Below are positions 9,601 through 19,547 of a stretch of DNA of 64,000 nucleotides, piece after piece. The stretch's first letter is position 1. Each line of letters starts with the position of its first letter. This DNA is from a virus: IMG/VR virus record IMGVR_UViG_3300045988_119718, positions 160,001 through 224,000 of that record; one strand, written 5' to 3'. The notes below the pieces were generated by a model. That model was not told the origin of the DNA, made no database searches, and worked only from the letters and a program-made list of their open reading frames with translations. The position numbers and the translations under genes are program-made.

Positions 9601-12600
9601 TATCCTCAGGCAATGGCACAGACATATTTTCATCCAATGGTCTTGGTTGATAGATAAATGTAGTATCAAAATTATTAGCATGCCTACGCTGATCTAATAT
9701 CCATTTCTTTAGTTTAGGTATATCTGCTTTAAAGTTAAATCCTTTAACGTACAATATTTTACCTGTTGTATCGATTATAGTATCATCTACACCAGAGTAT
9801 AAATATGCTAAAGCATTTAAATATGTAAAGAGATATGCTACATTAAATTGCTTATATGGAATAATAGAAGGCACTGATACTTTTACCTTATTTTCCTTAA
9901 ATACATCATCAAAGAAAATATTATAGAAATAAGCAATTTTTAAACTCATTTCTGCTATATCTAAGACATAGTTTATACCAAAATATTTAGTTCTCTCATA
10001 GTTAAATTCTTTAGCTAGTATTTGTTCCTTTACTTTAATATGATTCTTATTTTCATCATCATCAAATCCTACACCATCCCAATACTTATCAGCTAATGTA
10101 GTTTCATCATACGGAAGTAAATTAGTTCTTTTAATAATATTCTTATTAAAGAAAGTATCTTCTATAGGAACACCTACAAACTTCAAATCTATATCTTTCT
10201 TATAATCTTCTGTATAAGTTTTATATACATATCTTTCATTATCAAAATATATAAAATGGAAATTTATATTGCTATACTTTAGTATATCTTTAGAATTTAA
10301 GAATGATAAATGCCCATCAAATATATCATAAGTAGATTCATCTATAATATTATTATTCTCATCAGTAATAAACATTAACCATCCATTGTTATCATAATTA
10401 TCGAATGGGTATGGTATCTCAATCTGAACTTTATTATTTATATCAGTACTCTTTATCGTTTTAACTTCTTCTTTGATAAGATTCGTTCTATCATTGATGT
10501 ATTTATTATTATAAACAAATAAAATATCTATAGAATCGTTGTTAGTAAATATTTCATCAGGTATAGTAATTTCATCATTTGTAAGTTCAAATTTAGTTAC
10601 TACAGATGAATAGTTATTGCTAAAATTATGGAATACTATAGCACTTTGTTTAGTTTCTACATATGATTTAAATGGTATTTTTATTTTATATGTATTAGTA
10701 TTCTCTTTAGCTGCAATAGTTTCTCTTTTAATTTTCAAAGCAGTATTTGTAGTATTATTCATTACATAGGTTATATTGATACAATCTTTTTTACTAGGTA
10801 ATCTATTAAGATTCGTAATAGTCAAAGTTTTAGTAGCAGCATCAATATTATACTCATTAGATCTCAAGTACTTACCAGTTATATCTACAATTACATTATT
10901 ATTCATTTCAAAATAATCATTTGCTATATTTATATCTTTGAATTCACTTTGTTTATCTTTAGCAACTTCTATTCTTTGCTTACTACAAATAATATTAGAA
11001 GTATCTGGGCTGAATACATATGTTATAGTAACTTTCTGACCTTTTTGTAAACCAATAGCTTGGTCTTTAAGAGTGAGAGTATTATTAAATATATCATATA
11101 ATTCAGTGGATAAGTATTCTTTGTTTGAACGAAGTTTAGGATATGCCTTGTATCCTAAAGCAAAGAATTTTTTAAATGGAGGATTTAATTTAAAAGTAAC
11201 TTGGAAATTCTCAGTAGCAGTAATTTCTTCAGTACTTTCATTTATATAGATTCTATTATAAATAGAATTTTCAGAATAAATAAAGAATACTTTTATAACA
11301 GTATTATCATTAATAACTACATTATTATTGAGAGTAACAAGACCTTCATTAATAGTATAATCTGTAGAAGGAATAATAGATATTCTATTATCAGTACTAT
11401 CAGATTTGGTTATTAATACTTCATTTCCTCTTTCAAAGTATTTATCAAAAGGAAAATCTATAGAGAATTCTCTTTTAGCTTCTTTAGTAGATTCAGAATC
11501 ATTATCTATAAGCAAGCTTTCTCTTTGTTCATCTAATTTAACTATATTATCTTTATTATAAATATAGATTATAGTAGCAATAGAATCTTGTGGTATATCT
11601 TCTAATACTATTCTATTCTTAGATAAATCTATAGTATATCTAGTAAGCTCCTTAGTATTAATAAGTATATCACCATCTATACAAATCATTATCTGATTTC
11701 CATCAGTAAGATATGTAGGAGTTGGTAATTTCTTTAATTTTATAATATTAGTATCTAATACATCTGCTTCTTCTGTACTAATAATATATCCATTTTCTGT
11801 ATCAATATAAGGAGTTATATCTTCTTTATTATAGTAGAAATCAAATATTACATCTTTCTGTTTTACACCAGCTTTAGTTATGGTAATTTGTTTCTTATCA
11901 GAAGAGATAGTATAGTCTGTATCTTTAGTAAGAATAGCATTACCATAAACTACCTTCATAATATTATTCTGAAGATAATCGTCAAAAGGCTTATTATTAT
12001 ACTTAGGATAAGGAATATCAAAAGTAGAATTATTTAATCCTTTTCTGGTAAAATTAATTACAACAGAAGTATTATCTTTGCCTAAAGACATTGCATAATC
12101 CCATTCTTTAGGAGAAAGGTTATTAACTATTTCTTTAGATTTACGAGTTTGAATATCAGTTTCTACTAATCTACTATTTTCAATAGAATACCATTTATTA
12201 GTAGCTTCATTATAGAATAAATCTAAATTGATATCATAATATTCTATTTCAATATTATTTTTATCATTAATAGACAACTTATAATAGTTTTCTTTAACTA
12301 AAGAACTAGCATCATCATTATCGCCAGAAGTTACTACTTTATCTTCGGTAATAATATATGCATTATCAGAAGAATCATTGGTAAGTTTATAAATAGTAGT
12401 TGTAGTGGTACCATTCTGTTTTTTATCCTCTATAGGTACATTTATAGCTGTATCCAGATTGCTAGCTATATCGGATATAGTAACTTTAGATATACTACCA
12501 TCACTACCATTTAAATAAGCTATACCATCTTTAACTGTTAGAGTATACGTTCTAGTAAACTCTCTCTTTACTCTATCATGGAAAACAGTATCATTTAATT

Positions 12601-13945
12601 TACTAGATTTAGATTCTAGTTCATTAAAAATAATATCTCCCCATTTATCTACTTTTCTATCTCTAAGTATAAAATATCTAAATACTTCAATATTTGGAGC
12701 ACCAAATAGATCGATTAGATTAATCATACCTTGAGAGCAAGATTTAAATCTAATTAATTGATTTATATTCTTGCACATTCTATACTGGTATCTTAAAGGA
12801 ATGGTATTATAGTAAGGCATACCATACATTTCAAAGATATATTGGATACATCTTTTATCTAATAAATCAGTCTTAATAATATCTTGATGTACTTCTGATA
12901 AGATATCAGTTATAGTCATAATCATTATCATCATTCCTATAAAATTATCATAATAATCAGAAGTTTCTTTAAAAATATCATTGTAGAAAGTACTCATTAC
13001 AAATAATCTATTTTCTTCATACTTAGATTTAAATTTAGAAGTTACTACATAATCATCATCTACTGTAGGAGCATATAATAATTGGAAATTATATGCTTTT
13101 CTAGCTTTATATATTTTCTTAGCTCTGTAAATAGTGTTATCTTCAGATTCATCATAGTCTACAAAAGCATCAGCAATATAATCAAGATAATCAGCATTAG
13201 GATAATCGGCTCTAATTCTATCCATAATGCCTTTACTCTCTAAGTATTCTATCTGAGTTGGTGATAACTCATGAACATAAGTTACATTATCATTATTAAT
13301 AAATTCTTCAATAGTAGAAGCAGCTACTGGAATATATTCATAATCCATTATAGGAATACCATAATCCCCAATTTTTGGTAATCCTGCTAACATACGATAG
13401 TAGTTATTAAGCTCATTATAATTCGCTATATAAGATTGCTTGCCTTTTTCAGTTAATTCATCTCTAAGAGCATAAATACCTACAATCCTACCATCATCAA
13501 GTTTTTTAACTTTATAATTTCTAAAAGTTATTCCTCCACCAATAGTTTCTACTTTAAAATATTCACCAAATTTATACTTTACTTTATCAAAGTATCCACC
13601 TATTTCTTCTCCAGTTTCATCGTCTAAAGCTGGTTTAAGTTCTATCATATCATGTAAATCAGGTATATAAGTTTTATCTTCCATGCATTTAGAAAGATGA
13701 TAAGAGCCTGTTATACCAGCACTTTTAAGTAAACTTTCATCGTAATCAAATAACTCAAATACAGCAGTATTCTCAAAACAAGAAATAAGTATATCACCGG
13801 CTAATATACTTTCTTTAGTTTCATTTTTCATAGCTTCTTCTTCATTTTTTATTACCGAACCAAATGAAAGAAGTTTAGTATAATATAAGAGATAATCAAC
13901 GAATGGGTTATTAGAATAGGTTTTGCTTATTTCTATGCTACTCAA
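6665..13945 (-). CDS. Giant structural protein (2426 aa) with a C-terminal array of Ig-like repeats
   Basis: Uninterrupted 7.3-kb ORF. The C-terminal third carries the same N-x-T-I-x-Q..QTI.V..NG..YTS module family as the neighbouring 1035-aa protein. Confidence 0.65.
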   Translation of the reverse strand: MSSIEISKTYSNNPFVDYLLYYTKLLSFGSVIKNEEEAMKNETKESILAGDILISCFENTAVFELFDYDESLLKSAGITGSYHLSKCMEDKTYIPDLHDMIELKPALDDETGEEIGGYFDKVKYKFGEYFKVETIGGGITFRNYKVKKLDDGRIVGIYALRDELTEKGKQSYIANYNELNNYYRMLAGLPKIGDYGIPIMDYEYIPVAASTIEEFINNDNVTYVHELSPTQIEYLESKGIMDRIRADYPNADYLDYIADAFVDYDESEDNTIYRAKKIYKARKAYNFQLLYAPTVDDDYVVTSKFKSKYEENRLFVMSTFYNDIFKETSDYYDNFIGMMIMIMTITDILSEVHQDIIKTDLLDKRCIQYIFEMYGMPYYNTIPLRYQYRMCKNINQLIRFKSCSQGMINLIDLFGAPNIEVFRYFILRDRKVDKWGDIIFNELESKSSKLNDTVFHDRVKREFTRTYTLTVKDGIAYLNGSDGSISKVTISDIASNLDTAINVPIEDKKQNGTTTTTIYKLTNDSSDNAYIITEDKVVTSGDNDDASSLVKENYYKLSINDKNNIEIEYYDINLDLFYNEATNKWYSIENSRLVETDIQTRKSKEIVNNLSPKEWDYAMSLGKDNTSVVINFTRKGLNNSTFDIPYPKYNNKPFDDYLQNNIMKVVYGNAILTKDTDYTISSDKKQITITKAGVKQKDVIFDFYYNKEDITPYIDTENGYIISTEEADVLDTNIIKLKKLPTPTYLTDGNQIMICIDGDILINTKELTRYTIDLSKNRIVLEDIPQDSIATIIYIYNKDNIVKLDEQRESLLIDNDSESTKEAKREFSIDFPFDKYFERGNEVLITKSDSTDNRISIIPSTDYTINEGLVTLNNNVVINDNTVIKVFFIYSENSIYNRIYINESTEEITATENFQVTFKLNPPFKKFFALGYKAYPKLRSNKEYLSTELYDIFNNTLTLKDQAIGLQKGQKVTITYVFSPDTSNIICSKQRIEVAKDKQSEFKDINIANDYFEMNNNVIVDITGKYLRSNEYNIDAATKTLTITNLNRLPSKKDCINITYVMNNTTNTALKIKRETIAAKENTNTYKIKIPFKSYVETKQSAIVFHNFSNNYSSVVTKFELTNDEITIPDEIFTNNDSIDILFVYNNKYINDRTNLIKEEVKTIKSTDINNKVQIEIPYPFDNYDNNGWLMFITDENNNIIDESTYDIFDGHLSFLNSKDILKYSNINFHFIYFDNERYVYKTYTEDYKKDIDLKFVGVPIEDTFFNKNIIKRTNLLPYDETTLADKYWDGVGFDDDENKNHIKVKEQILAKEFNYERTKYFGINYVLDIAEMSLKIAYFYNIFFDDVFKENKVKVSVPSIIPYKQFNVAYLFTYLNALAYLYSGVDDTIIDTTGKILYVKGFNFKADIPKLKKWILDQRRHANNFDTTFIYQPRPLDENMSVPLPEDRTKKIWDFDIKPGENNVFNSLKEIADMFSTGKLVNGKVTNRDIYNFIVRSIYKSQDYDIFKIWKKIFDTLMTYKQTFDYYHIKENGTTRIAKSLTEFLKYKDTELYNDYMRLKYITDKETRNEAIVDRISDVVYILEEYLNLKEFQNIFDHLPGVSGNAFLDMLYTIINFFKSYKVVLRSKGDYIVFNAKDPMLNTLRYVDVKDNFVELNKYECINPLDSIRSEMQVFTHYTDSIGFKEHIHFDTTIEDSINEKYLDYAKKNNLPTTNIIKVRVDVTKNQTIFIVTSTGQTYSTNIYHGELLAKDKATSEESLITYYYSYKKNPNLQTYGSFILNKDNAIDMSRFIIFEGKDLSGFTLEDKNTREVTEFSKFLDTDFNTDYIEFTLKYGEEFFAYLIPDENYNEGNLNMRYGRAENDDMHIYATDATPITQFIQVIVPEHAHIKAINGDKVYIDKSFEAMTGSYIEFETYADNGYIAGNLILNGTTLTSLKTTAVVKEDTIVISAVKPIAKKVTVDIKAPDNTTIRVIFDDETVTVGSNQTKTVIKDYNSKYVVYLSTHSDYNAGTLNIKKSGILSDSIMDTDNHITITATKPTLKYFTVYFAETEHQTIIATYQFKDYFEDFEVPIHAEVNVRVVADTGYAAGRPLKDTYIINEDTQIVCSDATPKAFNVTITAPAHQTIIFTNEGKVTTVKPNTSITLADVQYDSEYSVELVADAGYSNGTLNIPMSGLIDDSISTDGVGTTIEITTTEASTAMFNITINQTNNQLITVAYNGTEYTSDFTVPYGAAITASIRSTAKFFDAGKLNITSTTVTSDITIEATNVEVHKYNITITKYDNQRIIVTEVFADEADNIDHLDSFKAFAQSHLRATVEPTNDSYNCGTLNITEVPSVEADTTFTATAATVRKYNITIEQSANQTIQVIVNGTTHTSSFECEGGLEYMISVVANEGYKTGTIIGVSTFGIISDNMVIRATSAYK

Positions 13946-14036
13946 AATTTTATCTCCTTTCTATATATAATATTATTAATACTATGTAAAACCTCTTTGC
14001 TTTTAGACATTATTATAAGAAAGGTGGTATATCTCT

Positions 14037-14750
14037 ATGACAAACGATACTATTAAACCATTGATAATAGATTCTAAATATCCAAAATTATTTACCTATA
14101 ATAATTTTAATCCTACTTTGTATTCTCCTAATTCTCCATATCAAATTATGTTTGCTCAAACTAAAGATTCTCTTATGGATGTAGATGTTTATAGAAATTT
14201 CTTATATTCTGCTATAACTAGATTTAGGCAATCTAATTTCTATAGACATTATAAAGCTCATTTAATGCAAATGGGTATGGATAGATGTCAATTACATCCA
14301 TACTTAATTTCTGATGAAGATGATTCTACTGCTACATTAGAAATGCATCATCATGTACTTACTATATTTGATATAGCATTAGTAATTACTGAGCATATTT
14401 TAAATACCTATGGATATATAACTTCTTTTGACTTAGCATATTTACTTAGGCAAGTTCATGAGCAACATAAAGTTTGCATTGTAATGCTTTGTAAAACTTG
14501 CCATCAGTTATATACAAACCATAATGATGAGTTTAAGATTCCATCTACCTTAGGCTTTGGTAAATGGTGGGAATTCTTGGATGAATATAAATATGGTATT
14601 ACTAGAGACTTAGCAGTTAAGATTTATTATATGCTTAAGAATGATTTACAAAATGCTGATGAACGAGATGAAAAAATAAAAAATATGCTGACTATTAGGG
14701 ATAAGATATTGGATTGGTCTGAATACAATGAAAAACTTACTAGAAAATAA
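14037..14750 (+). CDS. Hypothetical protein of the HHH-motif family (paralog of 25523..26245)
   Basis: RBS AAAGGTGG. LEMHHHVLTIFDIALVI and HQLYTNHNDEFKIP...GKWWEFLDEY align to IHIHHHPLTLFDIVSTI and HELVHNQYLFIPN...GNWKAFIEAY in the other copy. Confidence 0.6.
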   Translation: MTNDTIKPLIIDSKYPKLFTYNNFNPTLYSPNSPYQIMFAQTKDSLMDVDVYRNFLYSAITRFRQSNFYRHYKAHLMQMGMDRCQLHPYLISDEDDSTATLEMHHHVLTIFDIALVITEHILNTYGYITSFDLAYLLRQVHEQHKVCIVMLCKTCHQLYTNHNDEFKIPSTLGFGKWWEFLDEYKYGITRDLAVKIYYMLKNDLQNADERDEKIKNMLTIRDKILDWSEYNEKLTRK

Positions 14751-14806
14751 TAGGCTCTTTAACTCTATTATAATAATTCTATAAGTTTAAAAAAGGAGAC
14801 AGTATC

Positions 14807-15439
14807 ATGACAAATCCAATCGGTTCAGGGTTAATTAAAAAATACAGTTTTTATATTAAGGAATATTTTAGAAATCTAATTCCTAAAATTAATTCTATAA
14901 AAAATAAAATAGGTGATCTTATATCTATTTTTAAAGATAGCTTTAGTAAGAATCCATTTATTTATATTGCTATATTCTTTATTCTGTCTTTCTTAATTTG
15001 TGATTCTATTTATAAAATCTCATTTATTTTATTTTTAGTATCTTTAGTTGTAATTGCTAATAAGTTTGTTAATAATAAGCATGAAGAATTTATTCTAACT
15101 ACAGATTTCTCTATAGCAATTAAAGAATTAGATTCCCTTATTTCTGATTGTATCCAAGAATATATGGTTATGAATGGTTTAGCTAATACTACATATATCA
15201 ATGATAAACTAGAAACTCAAATAAGAAAAGAGACTACTAATCTAGTTACAGCTAAACTTAGTAATACTTTATTTAAGAAACTTTCATATCTTTATAATGA
15301 AGAATCAGTATATACCGTAATAGCAGCTAGAATCTATATCATTATTATGAACTTTACTATTCAGACTAATGAGAAAGCTAGAAATAATGAAGTAGTAACA
15401 GAGATTAATAAACAAAACAAACAAGTTTCATTATTTTAA
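14807..15439 (+). CDS. Membrane protein
   Basis: RBS AAGGAGA. Two long hydrophobic segments (FIYIAIFFILSFLICDSIY, ISFILFLVSLVVIANKF). Confidence 0.55.
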   Translation: MTNPIGSGLIKKYSFYIKEYFRNLIPKINSIKNKIGDLISIFKDSFSKNPFIYIAIFFILSFLICDSIYKISFILFLVSLVVIANKFVNNKHEEFILTTDFSIAIKELDSLISDCIQEYMVMNGLANTTYINDKLETQIRKETTNLVTAKLSNTLFKKLSYLYNEESVYTVIAARIYIIIMNFTIQTNEKARNNEVVTEINKQNKQVSLF

Positions 15440-15449
15440 CAAAAAATAA

Positions 15450-15490
15450 ATATAGTGTAAGCTCATATGAGCTTACACTATATTTCACAT
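15450..15490. terminator. Bidirectional terminator between convergent genes
   Basis: AGTGTAAGCTCATATGAGCTTACACT perfect palindrome with T-rich flank. Confidence 0.6.
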
Positions 15491-15493
15491 TAA

Positions 15494-16279
15494 CTATTTA
15501 TCATTATCCAAAGTAATCATTGTGGATAAATTAGAATCACCAGTAATTACTCTAGGCATTACTCCATTCCATTTATCAAGGAATTTTTCCATCAATACGT
15601 ATTTAGACAAACCTTCGTTTTTATACTTATTGGCTTCAGAATCCAATTGAGCTTTCTGCTTATTATATTCAGCTGTAATAGCAGCCTGTTCAGCAATCTT
15701 CTTCTGCTCAATAGCTTTGTCGTATTCATCAGAGAAATTGTGGTCTGTAATCAAGAAAGATTTTATGATAATACCATTATCAGAGAGACGAGTCTTAATA
15801 GAACTAGCAATCTTGTTACTAATTTCATCTCTCTTACTAATGAAATCTTCAATAGGATACTGAGCAATAGTAGCATTGATTACTTCAGCAACAGTAGGTT
15901 TAATAATAATAGATTCTATATTATTTCCATACTGTCTATAGATATCACCAACTTTATTAGTATCCAAAGAATATACTAATGACGATGCGATTTTAATAGT
16001 CTGGATATCACTACTAGATACTTCTACTTCAGAATTGTAACTAATATCTCTAACCTGAAGTTTTACTACTTTATCAATGAATGGAAACTTAAGATTAAAA
16101 CCTTCATTCAGATTATATTTATATTCACCTAAACGAAGTACTACACCTCTTTCACCTGTTTCAATAATTGTAAAAGAGTTGAATATTATAATACCACCAA
16201 CCAAAATACCAGCTACAAGTTTTCCTATCTTAAGTACCATAGATCCTTCATCTTCACCGGTTTCATAATTAAAGCCCAT
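15494..16279 (-). CDS. SPFH/band-7 (prohibitin/stomatin-like) domain protein
   Basis: N-terminal TM segment, then ETGERGVVLRLGEY...FPFIDKVVKLQVRD and a C-terminal coiled region (KAIEQKKIAEQAAITAEYNKQKAQLDSEA), all typical of HflK/C-type SPFH proteins. Confidence 0.65.
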   Translation of the reverse strand: MGFNYETGEDEGSMVLKIGKLVAGILVGGIIIFNSFTIIETGERGVVLRLGEYKYNLNEGFNLKFPFIDKVVKLQVRDISYNSEVEVSSSDIQTIKIASSLVYSLDTNKVGDIYRQYGNNIESIIIKPTVAEVINATIAQYPIEDFISKRDEISNKIASSIKTRLSDNGIIIKSFLITDHNFSDEYDKAIEQKKIAEQAAITAEYNKQKAQLDSEANKYKNEGLSKYVLMEKFLDKWNGVMPRVITGDSNLSTMITLDNDK

Positions 16280-16297
16280 ATTAAATCTCCTTTTTAT

Positions 16298-16786
16298 TTA
16301 AAAACCTTTATAGCCATCTTTTATAACAGCTATATTGTTTATAAAACTAATATCATCTAAAGCATCTTTATTATTCTCTATTACTTCAGGTGGGATAGAG
16401 GTATGCTTGTTTTCTTTTAGCCTTAGATAATGCTCATACAAATCCATGAATAATCTATTAAATAACATTTTACCGTTAAAGGTTAAAATATTATACCTCA
16501 ATACTTTCTCAGGAATAATACGTTCTCTTAATTTAGTATTGGTTACTTGGAAAATAGTTATTCTATACTTATTCAAATCCAGTTTGTAGATACGTATTCT
16601 AAAATACTTTTTAAGTTTTTCATCATACTTAAGCAATGCGAAGTTAATAATACCGCAAGATGCATCTCCATTTAAAACTGCCATATATTCAGTATTATTA
16701 TTATTAACTTTTAAAATAGTACTAGCTATTTGTGTCAACTGTATTACTACAGTTCTATCATTAGATTCATTTGTTGTATAATCCAT
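16298..16786 (-). CDS. Hypothetical protein
   Basis: ORF start trimmed to the internal ATG (MDYTTNE), which is preceded by GGGAGAGGG. The longer listed form would overlap the upstream gene. Confidence 0.45.
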   Translation of the reverse strand: MDYTTNESNDRTVVIQLTQIASTILKVNNNNTEYMAVLNGDASCGIINFALLKYDEKLKKYFRIRIYKLDLNKYRITIFQVTNTKLRERIIPEKVLRYNILTFNGKMLFNRLFMDLYEHYLRLKENKHTSIPPEVIENNKDALDDISFINNIAVIKDGYKGF

Positions 16787-16805
16787 ATAAACCCTCTCCC
16801 TTAAT

Positions 16806-17294
16806 TTAATTATTGTTGCTAATAAAATCCAAAATGAAAAATATTGAAATAAGGAATATAGGTAACGCTGCAATAGATAATCCAACAGATAAATACCTAA
16901 TGTACTTTTGATATTCTAAAGGTCTAATGTATTTCTTAATTTTTACTTTAGCTATTTTTTCCTTACAAGAATCTTGATGAAGTATTTCATCAAGAAAATC
17001 ATCCGCACATCGAATACTCGAAGAAAGAGTTGAATAAAACCCATCATAAATAAAACATTTATCTTGATATTTAAGAATATCGATTTTAACTATATGCACA
17101 TGACCGCTAGTAACTTCTACGTCATAAATTATAATATGGTCGTCTATACGCTCGTTCATAATCAGGAATGAGTTCCTAAATGAAGAACCATATGCGGTTA
17201 CATACTCACTATTATTTCTTAAATCACCCATTAAATAGTTTACGTTCTCTAAAAAAAGTAGATGGTTTATATTATTTCTATAGTGTATTTTCAT
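16806..17294 (-). CDS. Hypothetical protein with C-terminal TM anchor
   Basis: 162-aa ORF. The C-terminus GLSIAALPIFLISIFFILDFI is hydrophobic. Confidence 0.45.
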   Translation of the reverse strand: MKIHYRNNINHLLFLENVNYLMGDLRNNSEYVTAYGSSFRNSFLIMNERIDDHIIIYDVEVTSGHVHIVKIDILKYQDKCFIYDGFYSTLSSSIRCADDFLDEILHQDSCKEKIAKVKIKKYIRPLEYQKYIRYLSVGLSIAALPIFLISIFFILDFISNNN

Positions 17295-17299
17295 AGTAC

Positions 17300-18127
17300 T
17301 TATCCTCGTTCAAATGCAACAGATAATAGTATTTGATAGAATCTTTCCAGTATTCTTCTATTGTATTCGATATTTAGCATTACTGGATAACTATAATGCA
17401 TATCCATTAGACGATAATTAGCATTTTTAGATTGTATATTAAACTTAGATTCGCTATTAAATTCTCTATAATAGTTTAAGTCTAAATTTAGTTTTACATA
17501 ATCTATCAAAAAATTTTTAATAAAGTTTACTACATTAAACAAATCTGATTCTCTTTCAGCACCAATAATAATATCTTCAAATATATCTAATAAATATCCC
17601 TTATGATATTTTAAAGATTCTTTATCAATACCTTTGATATCAAGATATGTTTCTGTACGTATTTTGGAATTATTCATATATCTATACCCATATAAGAAAA
17701 CAAGATTAAAAATCTTGTAGTATGAAGTATAAACATTTTTCTCTTTGAAATGAATATGACCAAAATCTAAGTTATTTAGCTTTCTTGTAGTAAATATAGC
17801 ATCTTTTCTAATACTGATAATTTCAAACTCACTAATACTATTAGAAATTACTAAAGCTTTTCTAGCTCCAATAAATCCAGCTTTTAATGCTTCTGCTATT
17901 TCAGGGTTATCTCTTTGAAGTAAACCAATGCTAATCTCCCTATCTATCTTCGGGAGATTAGCATAATAGTTAAACTTACTTTCATCGATAATTCCTGTTT
18001 CTAATAGTATAGAAATATTGGCTTGCTTGATATCATATTCATAAATAGATTGATTGATTAAACAATCTACAGGTGCAGTATATGAATCATTATCCCATAT
18101 TTCCATAAGAACAATCCTCCATAGCAT
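17300..18127 (-). CDS. Hypothetical protein
   Basis: 275-aa ORF in the minus-strand gene series. Confidence 0.45.
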   Translation of the reverse strand: MLWRIVLMEIWDNDSYTAPVDCLINQSIYEYDIKQANISILLETGIIDESKFNYYANLPKIDREISIGLLQRDNPEIAEALKAGFIGARKALVISNSISEFEIISIRKDAIFTTRKLNNLDFGHIHFKEKNVYTSYYKIFNLVFLYGYRYMNNSKIRTETYLDIKGIDKESLKYHKGYLLDIFEDIIIGAERESDLFNVVNFIKNFLIDYVKLNLDLNYYREFNSESKFNIQSKNANYRLMDMHYSYPVMLNIEYNRRILERFYQILLSVAFERG

Positions 18128-18653
18128 CTAAATTATCAAGCAACTCTTTTTCTTTACCATTTATAGTTTGACTATAATACCATTCTTTATCATTCATGAA
18201 TCGCTGTATGCAATCATTAGATTTTACTTCTTTACTAGTATTGGCATTAAAGATACAATCATTCATATCTTCAATACAATTAATCATAATAGAATTACTA
18301 CCATATCTTCTATTAATAACTAATGCAACACATTCTAATACGTTACAACAATAATCACTTGATAAGTCTGTAAGTACTATAACATCGTTATTATAATACT
18401 CACCTAGTACTAAATCAATTAACGATAATAATGGCTTATAGCTCTCCAAATATTGCAAATAATAATATCTAAAAGTTTCCATATCATCAATCATAAAATA
18501 ATGCATAATCTCTTTAGGGGGATTTACATCATCTATAGGAATACCTTTAGACGCTATACCTATAGGAGCATAGATAGTTCGTATAGAATAATTAAATTTA
18601 TCTATAATTAATGCTATATAACTATCTAAATGATAATCTACAAAATAAATCAT
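18090..18653 (-). CDS. Hypothetical protein
   Basis: 187-aa ORF. The true start may be internal. Confidence 0.4.
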   Translation of the reverse strand: MIYFVDYHLDSYIALIIDKFNYSIRTIYAPIGIASKGIPIDDVNPPKEIMHYFMIDDMETFRYYYLQYLESYKPLLSLIDLVLGEYYNNDVIVLTDLSSDYCCNVLECVALVINRRYGSNSIMINCIEDMNDCIFNANTSKEVKSNDCIQRFMNDKEWYYSQTINGKEKELLDNLDAMEDCSYGNMG

Positions 18654-19417
18654 TTGTTATCACTATCCTTTGGTACACTAGAGATAACTCGACGATACTG
18701 TTTATTTGCTTCCATAATACCTTTATTAGTATTGCTTCTAATGCTTCTAGCATACCCATTCGCGAAATTAACAATATCTTCCATTGTAGGTGAAGGATTA
18801 TTACTATATCTAACAATATCCTCTAAAGTAATCTTATTATCAGCAATAATCTTATTCGCCATTGCTTCATTCATACGAATATTATCTGGGAAATGCATAC
18901 AGAGGTCAATAAACGAAAGATTATCATAAAGATACATACAATTCAGCATATTTGCAAATTGTACTTCATTAGGATTAGTAAAAGCACTCTGAGGATTTCT
19001 AATATCTCCAACTCTAACCCCAAATAAATTAAATAAATAATTTCCAAGTACTGGAATAAAATTAAGAGATGTAGCTTCATCTCTAGGGACAAATAATACG
19101 ATATTTCTACCTGTATAAAATAGTTTCAATAATACCGAAATAATATTTTGACAGGTGACATCATTATTCAAGAAATTACCATAAATATTTGCTCCAATAT
19201 CATATCTTCCTTCAAGATAAGCACTAATTGCTTCTGGTGGAGGAAGAAGTGAACTAAGCATTACTACGCCTTTTCTTGGCATTACTGATACTCCAAATTG
19301 ATTTCTAACTTTATATTTCTCTGGATTATCATCAATAATACCTAAACTAAAATTCTGATTATTTAAAACCATAAAATACTCATCTGCATTACTTGCAAAA
19401 TAACCTACTCCAAACAT
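18650..19417 (-). CDS. Hypothetical protein
   Basis: Start placed at MFGVGYF, which is preceded by GAAAGGAGAA. The upstream extension has no RBS. Confidence 0.45.
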   Translation of the reverse strand: MFGVGYFASNADEYFMVLNNQNFSLGIIDDNPEKYKVRNQFGVSVMPRKGVVMLSSLLPPPEAISAYLEGRYDIGANIYGNFLNNDVTCQNIISVLLKLFYTGRNIVLFVPRDEATSLNFIPVLGNYLFNLFGVRVGDIRNPQSAFTNPNEVQFANMLNCMYLYDNLSFIDLCMHFPDNIRMNEAMANKIIADNKITLEDIVRYSNNPSPTMEDIVNFANGYARSIRSNTNKGIMEANKQYRRVISSVPKDSDNK

Positions 19418-19547
19418 AATAAACACTTCTCCTTTCAAATATATAAATATAATAACTTTATATGGTTTCACTACTATAATATATATTTTATTTATACTTT
19501 ATGAAAAAATAAAAGTAGAGAATATTCTCTACTTTTATTTCTAATGA

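Noticed and set aside
3505-13945. Diversity-generating retroelement targeting the Ig-repeat fibre genes
   Set aside because: There is no reverse-transcriptase ORF and no template/variable repeat pair with adenine-specific differences. The repeats are ordinary in-frame domain duplications.
14037-14750. HNH endonuclease call for the HHH-motif protein
   Set aside because: It has only one CxxC-like element and the spacing does not fit the HNH treble clef. The paralog lacks the cysteines entirely.
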